Assembly: GCA_015063285.1 (NCBI GenBank)
Contig: SUST01000005.1
Location: 20,063 to 84,062, forward strand
Source: Thermoplasmata archaeon
GTDB lineage: Archaea; Thermoplasmatota; Thermoplasmata; Methanomassiliicoccales; Methanomethylophilaceae
DNA length: 64,000 nucleotides
Reading direction: 5' to 3'
Positions 28,859 through 39,354 of this stretch are shown here, piece by piece (position 1 is the first letter of the stretch; each line of letters opens with the position of its first letter). The notes below the pieces were generated by a model. It was given only the letters and a program-made list of their open reading frames with translations, was not told the DNA's origin and did not search any database. A program made the position numbers and the translations under genes.

Positions 28859-28923
28859 CGGTTTGTAATGATGTTAAGCGTTTAAAAGAATGGGCGAGGG
28901 CATGAGCCCTCTGGAAAGTGATT

Positions 28924-29256
28924 TCAGAAGAATTTCTTCAGGAACATGAGGTCGTCGATCTTTCCTTTGATTTGGATCTTCTTCATGACGAACGCCCTCA
29001 TGGGCCTGAGGGTCCCGTCGATGAGTGCCTGAAGGTTCTCAGGTGTGGTGATGAGGGTGATGTCTGCTTCCTGAAGGAGCACAGGTGTGAAGTCGTAGAT
29101 CTGTGCGTTCTTCAGCTTCATGGAGTACGCTTCGCTGCCCAGGTCGATGTTGATGGTCTTCACTAGAGGTTCGATCTCCTTCTTGACATTGGGATCCTTC
29201 TCCATCTTTCTGTGGAACTTGTCAATCATCTCTTGGATTTGCGGTTGCATCGTCAT
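28924..29256 (-). CDS. SCP2 sterol/lipid-binding domain protein
   Basis: ADITLITTPENLQALIDGTLRPMRAFVMKKIQIKG; start at ATG 29256 after a GGTGA RBS. Confidence 0.8.
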   Translation of the reverse strand: MTMQPQIQEMIDKFHRKMEKDPNVKKEIEPLVKTINIDLGSEAYSMKLKNAQIYDFTPVLLQEADITLITTPENLQALIDGTLRPMRAFVMKKIQIKGKIDDLMFLKKFF

Positions 29257-29263
29257 TTGTTTC

Positions 29264-29908
29264 TCACCAATCATCGAGTCTTGTGTTTTTCCTTTTCGCC
29301 AGTGAATCCCTGACCGGTTCCCAGGAGGTTCTCACATGAGGAGGGGCCTTCCCGTTCTTCTTTATCCAATCATAGATGAAATTCATAGTCTTGGAATCGC
29401 TGGGATAGCCGCTTCCGATATCCTCTCCGAATTCCTTCCTTATTTCTTCCATCATGCGGTCTCTCGTTACTTTTGCTACGATGGACGCTGCCGATACTAT
29501 GGGGTATGTGTCATCGGCTTTATGCTTTGCTATTATTTCCACATCTTTTCCGACCTTTGCATATAGGCGATCGGTAAAAGAGGATTCGTTGATATCTGGG
29601 CAGTCGGCGAGAATCTGGACTGTATCCCATTTAGATACACCTTCGGCGAACATGTTGAGCTCTATCTCGTTAAGTGAGATGCTCTTTCTCTGTTCGTCTA
29701 TCTCCTCGGAGGAAACGATGACGGTGCACCAATGGTCCGCAACAGAAATGATCTCATCGTACATCCTCTCGCGCGTCTTCGGCGTGAGCTTCTTGGAGTC
29801 CTTCACGCCTATGTTCTTCAGTTCCTTATCCGATTCAACGTAAACGACGCCTACGACGAGCGGGCCCATCACTGAACCCCTTCCAGCTTCGTCTACTCCG
29901 CAGAACAT
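29264..29908 (-). CDS. rnhB: Ribonuclease HII
   Basis: GVDEAGRG, DSKKL, KADDTYPIVSAASIVAKVTRD, GSGYPSD. Confidence 0.95.
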   Translation of the reverse strand: MFCGVDEAGRGSVMGPLVVGVVYVESDKELKNIGVKDSKKLTPKTRERMYDEIISVADHWCTVIVSSEEIDEQRKSISLNEIELNMFAEGVSKWDTVQILADCPDINESSFTDRLYAKVGKDVEIIAKHKADDTYPIVSAASIVAKVTRDRMMEEIRKEFGEDIGSGYPSDSKTMNFIYDWIKKNGKAPPHVRTSWEPVRDSLAKRKNTRLDDW

Positions 29909-29973
29909 AGTATTCCAACCGAATCGGTTGTAGGCACACATAGTTTTAAAGTAGTTCGGTATTGGAAGGTCTG

Positions 29974-30858
29974 ATGACGCTCAAATGTGATCTTCAGTAC
30001 GGCAAAGGGGATGCTGAGTACAAGCTTACCCGTGTTGGAGTCAAAGGTGTACGCAAACCCATCCTCGTCCAGAGGGAGGGAATTAACGGTACGCTCAACC
30101 ATATCCTGAACTGCAGCATCGACATCTATGTCGACTTGCCCGGGGACCAGAAAGGCTCCCATATGTCAAGGAACGTAGAGGTACTGAACGAGATCGTGGA
30201 GGAGTCCGTCAAGAAACCCATCACGGCCATCGAGGATGTGGCCGCAGACATCTGCAGGAAGCTCATGGTCCACCACGAGTATGCGAAAGAGGGTGAGGTT
30301 CACATCGAGGCAGAATACTTCCGTGCATCCAAGACGCCTCTTGGGAAGGATACATTCGAGTCGTATACGCTCCTGTCAGGAGGACATATCGAGCGTGACG
30401 GGGAGATCACGAAGATGGTCGGAGTCGAGGTCATAGGGATGACCGCATGTCCCTGCGGACAGCAGACGGTCACCGAGATGCTGGAGATTCAGAGCGAGCA
30501 TCCTGTTATGACTCACAACCAGAGGAATGTGGTCACTCTGATGGTTTATCTGCCCGAGGACAGGTCTGTGGAAGCCAACGATCTGATCGACCTTGTGGAA
30601 GCATCCTTCTCGTCGCCAACATACGAGCTTCTGAAGAGGCCGGACGAGGGACAGGTCATCATCAATGCACACTCCAACACGAAGTTCGTGGAGGACGTCG
30701 TCAGAGCCGTTCTGGACAACTTCGTCAAGAAATATCCTGACCTTCCGGATGATGTGTTTGTAGACGTCATCAGCGATTCAGAGGAATCCATCCACAAGCA
30801 CGACGCATTCGCAGAGAGGGAAGCGACACTTGGCGAGCTCCGTCAGGAGAACCAGTGA
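29974..30858 (+). CDS. mptA: GTP cyclohydrolase MptA (FolE2 family)
   Basis: KGSHMSRN, GMTACPC, THNQR, KFVEDVVR, ESIHKHDA. Confidence 0.92.
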   Translation: MTLKCDLQYGKGDAEYKLTRVGVKGVRKPILVQREGINGTLNHILNCSIDIYVDLPGDQKGSHMSRNVEVLNEIVEESVKKPITAIEDVAADICRKLMVHHEYAKEGEVHIEAEYFRASKTPLGKDTFESYTLLSGGHIERDGEITKMVGVEVIGMTACPCGQQTVTEMLEIQSEHPVMTHNQRNVVTLMVYLPEDRSVEANDLIDLVEASFSSPTYELLKRPDEGQVIINAHSNTKFVEDVVRAVLDNFVKKYPDLPDDVFVDVISDSEESIHKHDAFAEREATLGELRQENQ

Positions 30859-30912
30859 GCATCTCTCAAAAACTGATTATTGATATAATTATAAAATGGG
30901 AGGGGGGCAGGA

Positions 30913-31689
30913 TCACTCCTGTCCTTCCTCATATTCATCAAGTTTCTCATCCAGTACCGATATGTCGGAAACATAAACGTCCGGAGGACATTCAAGATCA
31001 TCCAGACATCCAACCCAATAAACGACAAGTCCGGGTCCGAACAGTTGGGTATAGGGGATCAGCTGTTTTCTGGAGTTGTACTTGAACTCGGTGTTGTCCC
31101 CGAAGGATGCCTTGCTCTCTACCCAGCAAATCTTGTGACCCTTGTAAACCATGGGGCGGTCCAGAAGGCAGTCGGGGGTCTTGGTGAACTCCACATCGCT
31201 GTCCCTGAGGTCGTTCTCCGTACGGTAGGTGACGCCCTGGCCATCAAGCCATTGGTGGGCAAGGTCCTCGCCCCAGATGCCTCTCTCCCTCTGCCTGTCG
31301 TTGGCGGCGGGCGAGTATACGATATCGTTCTCTATGGCCTCACGGATCTCATCCGCGACCTCGGGACTCTCCAACGAATCGGGGTCGTTGATGGCCGCCC
31401 AGAAGTCCTTCTTGGATGTCCCGTCCTCTAAGAAGATAAACATCGCCGTGAGAATCGGAGGGAATCTGTACTTGTTCGACAGGTCCATGATCGTCTTCCC
31501 CTTATGCCACTCTTTGAGCATGCGGGGGGTGTTCTGCTTTACGATGTAGAACCTCTTCTTCACTTCCCTGCTGGTCTTCTGTGTGTAGAGTGTGTCCAGC
31601 AGCCTGTCGTCGTACCGGCCTTTATGGGCTTCGATATCGGCGGGTGTCCTCAGGCTGTTGTACAGTTCCTTGTACTCTGCATACTCCAC
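30913..31689 (-). CDS. TPD-domain (CDIN1/C15orf41-like) PD-(D/E)XK nuclease-fold protein
   Basis: KTPDCLL...ICWVESKASFG...QLIPYTQLFGPGLVVYW. Confidence 0.75.
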   Translation of the reverse strand: MEYAEYKELYNSLRTPADIEAHKGRYDDRLLDTLYTQKTSREVKKRFYIVKQNTPRMLKEWHKGKTIMDLSNKYRFPPILTAMFIFLEDGTSKKDFWAAINDPDSLESPEVADEIREAIENDIVYSPAANDRQRERGIWGEDLAHQWLDGQGVTYRTENDLRDSDVEFTKTPDCLLDRPMVYKGHKICWVESKASFGDNTEFKYNSRKQLIPYTQLFGPGLVVYWVGCLDDLECPPDVYVSDISVLDEKLDEYEEGQE

Positions 31690-31693
31690 GGTA

Positions 31694-33046
31694 TCACTGT
31701 GCGAGGTTTCTGCAGAGGTCTTCCACTGCAGAGATGACGACGTCCTTTACCATGGATGTAGGCGGGCAGTAGGCGTTCTCGGAGCGGACGAGGAAGTCCT
31801 CAGCGGTTATTCCGTTGATGACGGCGGACGTCAGCCAATCGATACGGCCGGTCGCTTCCTCTCCTGCGATGATCTGAGCTCCGATGATCCTGTGGGATGT
31901 CCTGTCTGCGAGGACCTTGACGATGAGTTCCTTTCCGCCAGGATAGTACCTTGCACGGGTGAGACCCTTCGCCTTTCCTTCTGCGACATCGACACCATAC
32001 CAAGATGCGAGCCCCTGTGAGAGTCCAGTACCGGCGATCTGCTTCTCGCCGATGAAGCTGACCCATGGGCTGGCGACCGGTCCGAAGAGCTTCTTGTCCT
32101 TGCAGACGGCGTTGTTTCCTGCCACGGCTCCCTGCTTGACTGCGGTGGATCCGAGTTGACTCATGGTCGCTCCGTTCATGACGGCAGATTCGCACTGCAC
32201 CAGATCTCCGGCCACATAGATATCGGGGACGAGTCTGCCCCTCTTATAAGGCTGGAGTGTGGGTGCTACGATCACGGCGTTGAGCTGTCCGATATCGAAT
32301 CCCAAGGCCTTGGGGATGTCGAGGTTGGCACGGACGCCGGTCGCGAATATCATGACCTCGCAGGGGTACTCCTTGCCATCCGCTGTGACGCTGGTGACTT
32401 TGTCCGTACCGTTGACTGCTTGGATGGGGGCTTTCATCACGAATTTGATTCCCATATCCTCGAGGTGCTTCTGGATGTCGTCGGCCATGTCCTTGTCCGC
32501 GATACGGGGGATGACTTGATTCATCATCTCGACGACGGTGACGTCCTTCCCCATATCCTTGAATGCCACAGCGAGCTCGAGTCCGATGACGCCTGCTCCT
32601 CCGATGACGACATTCTTCGCATCTTTCAGTGCTTTCTGGATGTTCTTTCCGTCCCTGACCGTCCTCACGATGAAGACGTTCTTCAGGTTGGTGCCTTCGA
32701 TAGGTGGAACGAATACCTTTCCTCCGGTTGCGATCACAAGTGAGTCGTATGCGTATGCTTTTCCGCCTGCTGTGACGGTCTTGGCAGCATCATCCACGGA
32801 TTCGACAGCAGTCTTTGTGAACACCTTTATCCCGCGCTCCTTCTCGTAGAAGTCGGGGGTGTGCATGACTATGTCGGTCCAATTGCTCTTCCCCTCGATA
32901 CCCCACGGGATAGCGCAAGGGGAGTATGCGACATCTTCGTCTTCTGTGAAGACCGTGATCTCGCATTCAGGGTCTTTCGCCCTGGCGGTAGAGGCCGCTG
33001 TCATTCCTGCGGCTCCTGAACCGATTACAATGATTTTCTTAGCCAT
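31694..33046 (-). CDS. FAD-dependent pyridine nucleotide-disulfide oxidoreductase (CoA-disulfide reductase/NADH oxidase family)
   Basis: GSGAAG, YSPCAIP redox Cys, GAGVIGLE, VAGD, dimerisation domain with AYCPP. Confidence 0.88.
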   Translation of the reverse strand: MAKKIIVIGSGAAGMTAASTARAKDPECEITVFTEDEDVAYSPCAIPWGIEGKSNWTDIVMHTPDFYEKERGIKVFTKTAVESVDDAAKTVTAGGKAYAYDSLVIATGGKVFVPPIEGTNLKNVFIVRTVRDGKNIQKALKDAKNVVIGGAGVIGLELAVAFKDMGKDVTVVEMMNQVIPRIADKDMADDIQKHLEDMGIKFVMKAPIQAVNGTDKVTSVTADGKEYPCEVMIFATGVRANLDIPKALGFDIGQLNAVIVAPTLQPYKRGRLVPDIYVAGDLVQCESAVMNGATMSQLGSTAVKQGAVAGNNAVCKDKKLFGPVASPWVSFIGEKQIAGTGLSQGLASWYGVDVAEGKAKGLTRARYYPGGKELIVKVLADRTSHRIIGAQIIAGEEATGRIDWLTSAVINGITAEDFLVRSENAYCPPTSMVKDVVISAVEDLCRNLAQ

Positions 33047-33193
33047 TAGGCTCCTCCGTTTTTCCGTAATCTCCGGCTATATAATAACTATTTGAAAGGG
33101 GGATTTTTTGTCCACTGATTTCATCGGTTTGACGCTTGATTCAGGTCGAAAAAGGTTATAACATACACGGGCATACTAAGCGCAGGTACCCAG

Positions 33194-34186
33194 ATGAAAG
33201 AGAAGAGATCACCGTCGGAGCTAGAAGCCTGTTGGAAAGAGGGCGATATGGCCGGCGGAGAGAAGGTGAGGGCGATGGTCATGATCATGCGCACCAACGG
33301 TTGCTGTTGGGTGAAGCATGGGGGTTGCACCATGTGCGGATACAGGGAAGCCTCGCTGATGAATGTCACGCCCGACGATCTCTTGAAGCAGCTGGAGCAG
33401 GCCAAGGGCAAATACAAGGACGAGCCGTTCGTCAAGATGTACACCTCGGGAAGCTTCCTAGATGATAACGAGGTGCCCCCGCAGGTCCGCGAGACCATCT
33501 TCGATACTTTCAAGGACTGTAAGCGTCTCCTCTTCGAGAGCCGTCCCGAGTTCATCACACCGGATGTTGTCGGCAGTCTTCCGAAGAACATCACAGTTGC
33601 CCTGGGATTGGAGAGTTCCGACCCCGAGGTGCTCAGGACATCGGTCCATAAGGGATTCACGCCGGATGACATCAAGCGCGCGGGCGAGCTCCTGAAGGAT
33701 AACGGTCTGGGGGTCAGGACGTACCTTCTCCTGAAGCCTCCTTTCATGACAGAGAGGATGGCGATCGAGGACTCTGTGAATTCTGCCAGGTTCGCCGATC
33801 ACTTCTCGGATGAGATATCTGTCAACCCTCTAAACGTTCAGAGGGCGACCTATGTGGAGCGTCTTTGGAAGAGAGGGGAGTTCAGATCCCCATGGATCTG
33901 GTCGCTCATCGAGGTCTTCAAACAGCTTCACGGTACCGTCAACGCACGCCTCATGTCCTCACCTTCGGGAGGGGGAGCGATGAGGGGCGTCCATAACTGC
34001 GGAGAGTGCGATCAAAGGGCACTCGATGCGATAGAGAAATTCAGTTACTCGCAGGACATCAAGGATTTGAATGTGACCTGCAAATGCATCTCCAAATGGG
34101 AGGCGTACATGAGGTCCGAGACCATTCTCGGGTCACCCGCCGACCTTGAAAGGGATTTCGAAAACGAGTTAGTTCTTAGGATGTGA
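33194..34186 (+). CDS. raSEA: Archaeosine biosynthesis radical SAM protein RaSEA
   Basis: RTNGCCWVKHGGCTMCGY, YTSGSFLD, FESRPEF, YLLLKPPF, PWIWS, HNCGECD. Confidence 0.88.
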   Translation: MKEKRSPSELEACWKEGDMAGGEKVRAMVMIMRTNGCCWVKHGGCTMCGYREASLMNVTPDDLLKQLEQAKGKYKDEPFVKMYTSGSFLDDNEVPPQVRETIFDTFKDCKRLLFESRPEFITPDVVGSLPKNITVALGLESSDPEVLRTSVHKGFTPDDIKRAGELLKDNGLGVRTYLLLKPPFMTERMAIEDSVNSARFADHFSDEISVNPLNVQRATYVERLWKRGEFRSPWIWSLIEVFKQLHGTVNARLMSSPSGGGAMRGVHNCGECDQRALDAIEKFSYSQDIKDLNVTCKCISKWEAYMRSETILGSPADLERDFENELVLRM

Positions 34187-34521
34187 AATGGATGGATTAC
34201 GACATCAAGAAAGGATGGTTTAAGAACATCGAAGGAGACAAGCTGGCACAGTTGATGGAAGAGACCTTTGGAAACGTCAAGAAGGACGGGGACAAGTTCG
34301 TATCATCCTACGGTGTCATGGAGACGATCGAGGTCACAGTGATCAGCAAGGACAAGATGGACATCACAACGAAGAACATCCCCGATGCTAAGAACTGTTC
34401 CGACGATGAGATCCTCGACAGCAAGAAGAAGCTCAACGTCTTTGCAGAGAAGGCTACCGGATTCAACGCCAAGGCCCGTATGAAGAGGGCCCAGAAGAAG
34501 GCGAAGGACGGAGAGCTGTAA
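34183..34521 (+). CDS. Conserved archaeal protein (DUF5611-like)
   Basis: YDIKKGWFKNI...FAEKATGFNAKARMKRAQK. Confidence 0.65.
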   Translation: MKWMDYDIKKGWFKNIEGDKLAQLMEETFGNVKKDGDKFVSSYGVMETIEVTVISKDKMDITTKNIPDAKNCSDDEILDSKKKLNVFAEKATGFNAKARMKRAQKKAKDGEL

Positions 34522-34566
34522 ACTTTCACGCCCTCGCTCTCTTATTATTATAGACGCGAGGGCAAC

Positions 34567-34577
34567 TTTATATATAA
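34567..34577 (+). promoter_or_regulatory. TATA box for ribosomal protein cluster
   Basis: TTTATATATAA about 200 nt upstream of the rpl3 start. Confidence 0.55.
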
Positions 34578-34769
34578 CCTATCTATACGACATTTTGGAT
34601 TGGACAAAATAGTGTCCGACCAGACGCACCGGGCAATGCGGTTGCATCCCACGTCTGCTTCGTATGCAAATGCTTCTGGAAGCGAATATGGCGTCACGGT
34701 CGGAGCATTAAGACGTTCGTCTGATAAATCGCGAGGTTAGCGAAGAGACCCTCGCAGGTATGTGAAAAT

Positions 34770-35768
34770 ATGCCACAAAGAAGACGTCCACAGAAAGGAT
34801 CTAGGGCATTCGGCCCTAGGAAGAGAGCGCAGTCTCAAACACCGAGGCTTGACTCTTGGCCCGAGATCAGCGGAGCCCCTAAAATCCAGGGCTTTGCCGG
34901 ATACAAGGCAGGAATGACACACGCGTTCGTCGTTGACAAGCGCGGAAAGAGCACCACCTCCGGAATGGAGATTCAGGTGCCCGTGACAGTCGTTGAGATT
35001 CCCCCGATGAAGATCGCGGCAGTCAGATTCTACGAGAGCAGCATCGTCGGTCTTAAGACAGCAGGAGAGGTCTGGGCAAAGGACCTCGACCCGCTTCTCG
35101 ACAGGCGCCTCAACGTACCCAAGAACCACGAGGAAGCGACTTTTGCAAGGTATGACGGACTGGACATCGAGGATGTCCGTGTACTCGCCTACACCCAGCC
35201 CAAGATCGTCTCCGGAGTACCCAAAAAGGTACCCGACCTCATGGAGCTCAGGATCGGAGGAGGAACCATCGATGAGAGGGTAGCATACGCAAAGCAGATA
35301 CTCGGTACCGAGGTCAACTTCACTGACTTCGCCCCTGAGGGAGCACTTGTCGATGTCATCGCAGTGACCAAGGGTAAGGGATTCCAGGGAGTTACCAAGA
35401 GGTGGGGAGTCAAGCTCCTGTCTCACAGGAACAGCAAGCACCGCCGCGGAATCGGTAACCTCGGTCCTAAGAGACCCGGATACGTCAGATCGACAGTTCC
35501 CGGATCCGGACAGATGGGATACCACCAGAGAACCGAGTTCAACAAGAAAGTCGTCAAGGTCGGTACCGACGGCGCAGAGGTAACCCCCAAGGGAGGATTC
35601 CTCAACTACGGAGAGGTTAGGAACAACTACATCCTCGTTCACGGCTCCGTACCCGGACCCACCAAGAGGCTCATCAGATTCAGAGATGCAACCAGGCTTC
35701 CCAAGAAGGCCGAGACCGAGGCATTGGATGTTACCTATGTCTCCGTCGAATCAAAGCAGGGGGCATGA
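34770..35768 (+). CDS. rpl3: 50S ribosomal protein L3
   Basis: GFAGYKAGMTH, KGKGFQG, GQMGYHQRTE. Confidence 0.97.
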   Translation: MPQRRRPQKGSRAFGPRKRAQSQTPRLDSWPEISGAPKIQGFAGYKAGMTHAFVVDKRGKSTTSGMEIQVPVTVVEIPPMKIAAVRFYESSIVGLKTAGEVWAKDLDPLLDRRLNVPKNHEEATFARYDGLDIEDVRVLAYTQPKIVSGVPKKVPDLMELRIGGGTIDERVAYAKQILGTEVNFTDFAPEGALVDVIAVTKGKGFQGVTKRWGVKLLSHRNSKHRRGIGNLGPKRPGYVRSTVPGSGQMGYHQRTEFNKKVVKVGTDGAEVTPKGGFLNYGEVRNNYILVHGSVPGPTKRLIRFRDATRLPKKAETEALDVTYVSVESKQGA

Positions 35769-35772
35769 GTAA

Positions 35773-36549
35773 ATGGCAACCACAAATGTTTATGGAGTAA
35801 ACGGTGGAGTCGCTGGAACCGTCGAGGTCCCCGAAGCGTTCGCTACCCCCTACAGGCCTGACATCATCAAGAAAGCGGTCCTGGCTGCAGCAGCAAACGG
35901 CAGACAGCCCTACGGACCCGGAGCAAGGTCTGGAATGAGGCACGCGGTCAGTTTCCGCGGAAAGGGAACCGGATCTGCACGTAACCAGAGGATCCACGGA
36001 CTCGGAAAGGCCGGAGAGTCACCCAACAACGTATCTGGAAGGAGGGCACACCCGCCACTCCCCGAGAGGATTTGGGCTCAGAAGGTCAACAAGAAAGAAG
36101 CAAAGATAGCACGCGCATCCGCACTCGCAGCAACAGGCTGTGCGGACTGTGTCAAGGCACGCGGCCACCAGTTCGACGACAACGTGTCCTTCCCCATCGT
36201 CATCGAGGATTCACTCAACGACGTCAAGGAGACATCCGCAGTCATCGACCTCTTCGAGAAGATCGGAATCGGCTACGACCTCGACCGTGCAAAGGAAGGA
36301 CGCAAGATCCGTGCAGGAAGGGGAACAATGAGGAACAGAAAGTACCGCACCCCCGTCTCCGTATTGGTCGTCGTCGCTGACGACGAGAGGAACGCACCCA
36401 TCTTCAAGAGCGCAGCGAACATCCCCGGAGTAACCGTTGAGGAAGTCAAGACACTCAATACCAGCATCCTTGCACCCGGAGGAGACGCAGGAAGGCTCAC
36501 TGTCTACACCAAGGCAGCCATCGACGCTATCGGAGGTTGGACACAATGA
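35773..36549 (+). CDS. rpl4: 50S ribosomal protein L4
   Basis: PYRPDIIKKAV, GRRAHPP, LAPGGDAGRL. Confidence 0.96.
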   Translation: MATTNVYGVNGGVAGTVEVPEAFATPYRPDIIKKAVLAAAANGRQPYGPGARSGMRHAVSFRGKGTGSARNQRIHGLGKAGESPNNVSGRRAHPPLPERIWAQKVNKKEAKIARASALAATGCADCVKARGHQFDDNVSFPIVIEDSLNDVKETSAVIDLFEKIGIGYDLDRAKEGRKIRAGRGTMRNRKYRTPVSVLVVVADDERNAPIFKSAANIPGVTVEEVKTLNTSILAPGGDAGRLTVYTKAAIDAIGGWTQ

Positions 36550-36827
36550 AGCAGAGTGATGTTCTCATCAGGCCGTTCGTCACTGAGAAGTCGACGAACC
36601 ACATGACCGGAACCCCTACACAGGACTTCAAGGACGGAAACAAGATCGAGTTCATCGTCAACAGGAATGCTGACAAGCAGATGATCAAGACCGTCTTCGA
36701 AGAGCGTTTCGAAGTCAAAGTAGACAAAGTCTGGACAAGAATCCAGAAGGACGGAAAGCACGCCATCATCAAGCTCGCAGACGGATACTCTGCAGAGGAT
36801 GTTGGTATGAGAGTCGGAGTCTTCTGA
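36546..36827 (+). CDS. rpl23: 50S ribosomal protein L23
   Basis: PFVTEKS, IEFIV, KHAIIKLADG; position in cluster. Confidence 0.93.
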   Translation: MKQSDVLIRPFVTEKSTNHMTGTPTQDFKDGNKIEFIVNRNADKQMIKTVFEERFEVKVDKVWTRIQKDGKHAIIKLADGYSAEDVGMRVGVF

Positions 36828-36838
36828 GGTGAGTGATT

Positions 36839-37534
36839 ATGGGAAAAAGATTGATACCAATGAGAAGGGGTCGCGGAACCTCTTTGTACCGCTCACCCAG
36901 CCACAGGCACGTTGACGACGTCAGGCTCCCCGCATTCAGCGAGGGAACCGCGGTCATCAAGGACCTGATTCAGGCACCCGGAAGGACATGCCCTCTCGCT
37001 GTCCTCGATGTGAACGGAAAGACTGACTACCAGCTGGCGGTCGAGGGAACCAAGGTCGGACAGACAATCGTCATCGGCGGAACCCAGGTCGCAGCAGGAA
37101 ACATCACAGCACTCGCGAACATCCCTGAGGGAACCCCCGTGCACAACGTCGAGGCAAGGCCCGGCGACGGTGGAAAGTTCGTGAAGACCGCCGGATCCTC
37201 CGGAACAGTCGTTTCGAGGGGAGACAAGGTCATGGTCCTCATGCCCTCTGGAGCCATCAAAGAGTTCAGCCCCAACTGCCGTGCCGCAATCGGTATCGTA
37301 GCTGGTGGCGGAAGGGGAGACAAGCCCCTTGCGAAAGCAGGTAAGAACGTTCTGACACTCAGGTCCAGGTCCAAGGCACCCTTCAAGACGAAGGGAGTCG
37401 CAATGAACCCTGTCGACCACCCCCACGGAGGAGGTAGCCACGCCCACGTCGGAGGACCCAACTGTCAGAAGAGAACAGCATCGCCTGGTCAGAAGGTAGG
37501 ATTCCTGCCTCCTAAGAAGAAAATAAGGATGTGA
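36839..37534 (+). CDS. rpl2: 50S ribosomal protein L2
   Basis: [27 protein letters not shown]. Confidence 0.97.
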   Translation: MGKRLIPMRRGRGTSLYRSPSHRHVDDVRLPAFSEGTAVIKDLIQAPGRTCPLAVLDVNGKTDYQLAVEGTKVGQTIVIGGTQVAAGNITALANIPEGTPVHNVEARPGDGGKFVKTAGSSGTVVSRGDKVMVLMPSGAIKEFSPNCRAAIGIVAGGGRGDKPLAKAGKNVLTLRSRSKAPFKTKGVAMNPVDHPHGGGSHAHVGGPNCQKRTASPGQKVGFLPPKKKIRM

Positions 37535-37539
37535 TTGCA

Positions 37540-38001
37540 ATGGGAAAGAAGATTATTGCAGGATCGGCAAAAGCCTCGAGGAGGAAGTCCAGGAAGAAGG
37601 CATCGGCAATCCAGGCACGCAGGAAGAAGGAGTTCCTGTTCCGCGGATTCACGATGGAAGAGCTTCTCGCAATGCCTTTCGATGAGGTTCTCGGACTTCT
37701 GCCCGCTAGGGCCAGAAGGACATACCTCCGCGGCCTCAACTACGAGCAGCAGCTTCTGTTCGACAACCTGAAGGATGCAACCGCACCCGTCAGGACACAC
37801 CGCAGGGATTTGCCTATCATACCCCAGTTCGTGGGAAAGACCGTCAGTGTATACAACGGTCGTGAGTTCAAAGACGTAGAGATCAAGCCCGAGATGATCG
37901 GTTGTTTCATCGGAGAGTTCGTCCAGACAAGGAAACTTCCAGTGCACTCCGGACCCGGAGTCGGTGCAACCAGGTCGTCCAAGTTCATGCCGTTGAAGTG
38001 A
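37540..38001 (+). CDS. rps19: 30S ribosomal protein S19
   Basis: [29 protein letters not shown]. Confidence 0.97.
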   Translation: MGKKIIAGSAKASRRKSRKKASAIQARRKKEFLFRGFTMEELLAMPFDEVLGLLPARARRTYLRGLNYEQQLLFDNLKDATAPVRTHRRDLPIIPQFVGKTVSVYNGREFKDVEIKPEMIGCFIGEFVQTRKLPVHSGPGVGATRSSKFMPLK

Positions 38002-38011
38002 GGTGTCAGAT

Positions 38012-38464
38012 ATGGTAAATTCAGGATATACTGCAGTAGCTGACCCCGACACGACCGCAAAGGCACTCGGAAGGGAGATGCCCGTCTCCCCCAAGTTCGC
38101 CCGCGAGGTCGCCGGAATGATACGCGGAATGAAGGTCGAGACCGCACAGCAGGCTCTCGAGGAAGTGATCGAGAAGAAGAGGCCCGTTCCCCTTAAGAGA
38201 TACAATAAGAGAGTATCTCACAAGGCAGGAGTCGGACCCGGAAGATACCCCGTGAAGGCGGCAAAGGCAATCCTCGGAGTGCTCGACAGCGCAGCAGCGA
38301 ACGCCGAGTACAAGGGATTGGACGTCTCCAACATGGCCATCGCGACGATATCCGTCTCCAGAGGACGCGTCATCCCCGGACACATGCCCAGGGCACACGG
38401 ACGTGCAACCGAGTGGAACCAGGATACCATCAACGTGGAAGTCATCATCCAGGAGGTTGAGTGA
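38012..38464 (+). CDS. rpl22: 50S ribosomal protein L22
   Basis: SPKFAREVA, GRYPVKAA, PRAHGRA. Confidence 0.97.
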   Translation: MVNSGYTAVADPDTTAKALGREMPVSPKFAREVAGMIRGMKVETAQQALEEVIEKKRPVPLKRYNKRVSHKAGVGPGRYPVKAAKAILGVLDSAAANAEYKGLDVSNMAIATISVSRGRVIPGHMPRAHGRATEWNQDTINVEVIIQEVE

Positions 38465-38465
38465 A

Positions 38466-39149
38466 ATGGCAGCAGAGAGAAAGATCGTTGCCGAGCACGT
38501 ACGCAGGGTCCTGCTCAAGGAGTACCTCATGAAAGAGGTAAGCCGCGCAGGATTCGGAGGACTCGACGTCCAGAGGACACCCATGGGAACCCGTGTAATC
38601 CTCACGACAGAGAGGCCCGGGCTCGTCATCGGAAGGCGCGGTCAGACCATCAAGAATCTGACCCAGGTAATTGAGGAGCAGTTCGGCTTCGACAACCCTC
38701 AGATCGAGGTCCAGGAAGTCGAGAACGCAAGCCTCAACGCACAGATAATGGCTGAGAAGCTGGCCTTCTCCCTTGAGAGGGGATGGCACTTCCGCAGAGC
38801 AGGACACTCCACGGTCCGCAGGATCATGGATGCCGGAGCTCGCGGATGCTACATCATCGTGGCAGGAAAGCTCTCCGGTCAGAGGCACAGAACCGAGAAG
38901 TTCAAAGAGGGTAACATCAAGTTCTGCGGAGACACCAAGGCCCAGTTCATCGAGCACGGCTATGCCGTTGCAAAGCTGAAGATGGGAGTCATCGGAGTCA
39001 CCGTCGAGATCATGGTGAAGGACGCGAAGATGCCCGCTGACATCACAGTCTTGAACAAGACTGAGGCAGCAGCGGTCCTTCCCGACCTCTTCGCCGCACC
39101 CAAGGTCGAGGCCCCTGTCGAGGCCGAGACGACCGAGGAGGTGCAGTGA
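38466..39149 (+). CDS. rps3: 30S ribosomal protein S3
   Basis: ERPGLVIGRRG KH domain, HFRRAGHS, GVIGVTV. Confidence 0.97.
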   Translation: MAAERKIVAEHVRRVLLKEYLMKEVSRAGFGGLDVQRTPMGTRVILTTERPGLVIGRRGQTIKNLTQVIEEQFGFDNPQIEVQEVENASLNAQIMAEKLAFSLERGWHFRRAGHSTVRRIMDAGARGCYIIVAGKLSGQRHRTEKFKEGNIKFCGDTKAQFIEHGYAVAKLKMGVIGVTVEIMVKDAKMPADITVLNKTEAAAVLPDLFAAPKVEAPVEAETTEEVQ

Positions 39150-39150
39150 T

Positions 39151-39354
39151 ATGGCAGCCCTTAAAACAGCAGACATCAGGAACATGTCCGTCGAGGAGCG
39201 CAACCAGAAACTGAAGGAGCTCCGCGACGAACTGATGCACGAGAGGGGAGTCTCCGCTATGGGAGGTGCACCCTCGAGTCCAGGAGCCATCAAGGCTCTC
39301 AGGCTCAACATCGCTCGCATCCTGACCGTCCAGAAGGAGGAGGAAAAGATCTGA
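39151..39354 (+). CDS. rpl29: 50S ribosomal protein L29
   Basis: LKELRDELM...IARILT. Confidence 0.93.
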   Translation: MAALKTADIRNMSVEERNQKLKELRDELMHERGVSAMGGAPSSPGAIKALRLNIARILTVQKEEEKI

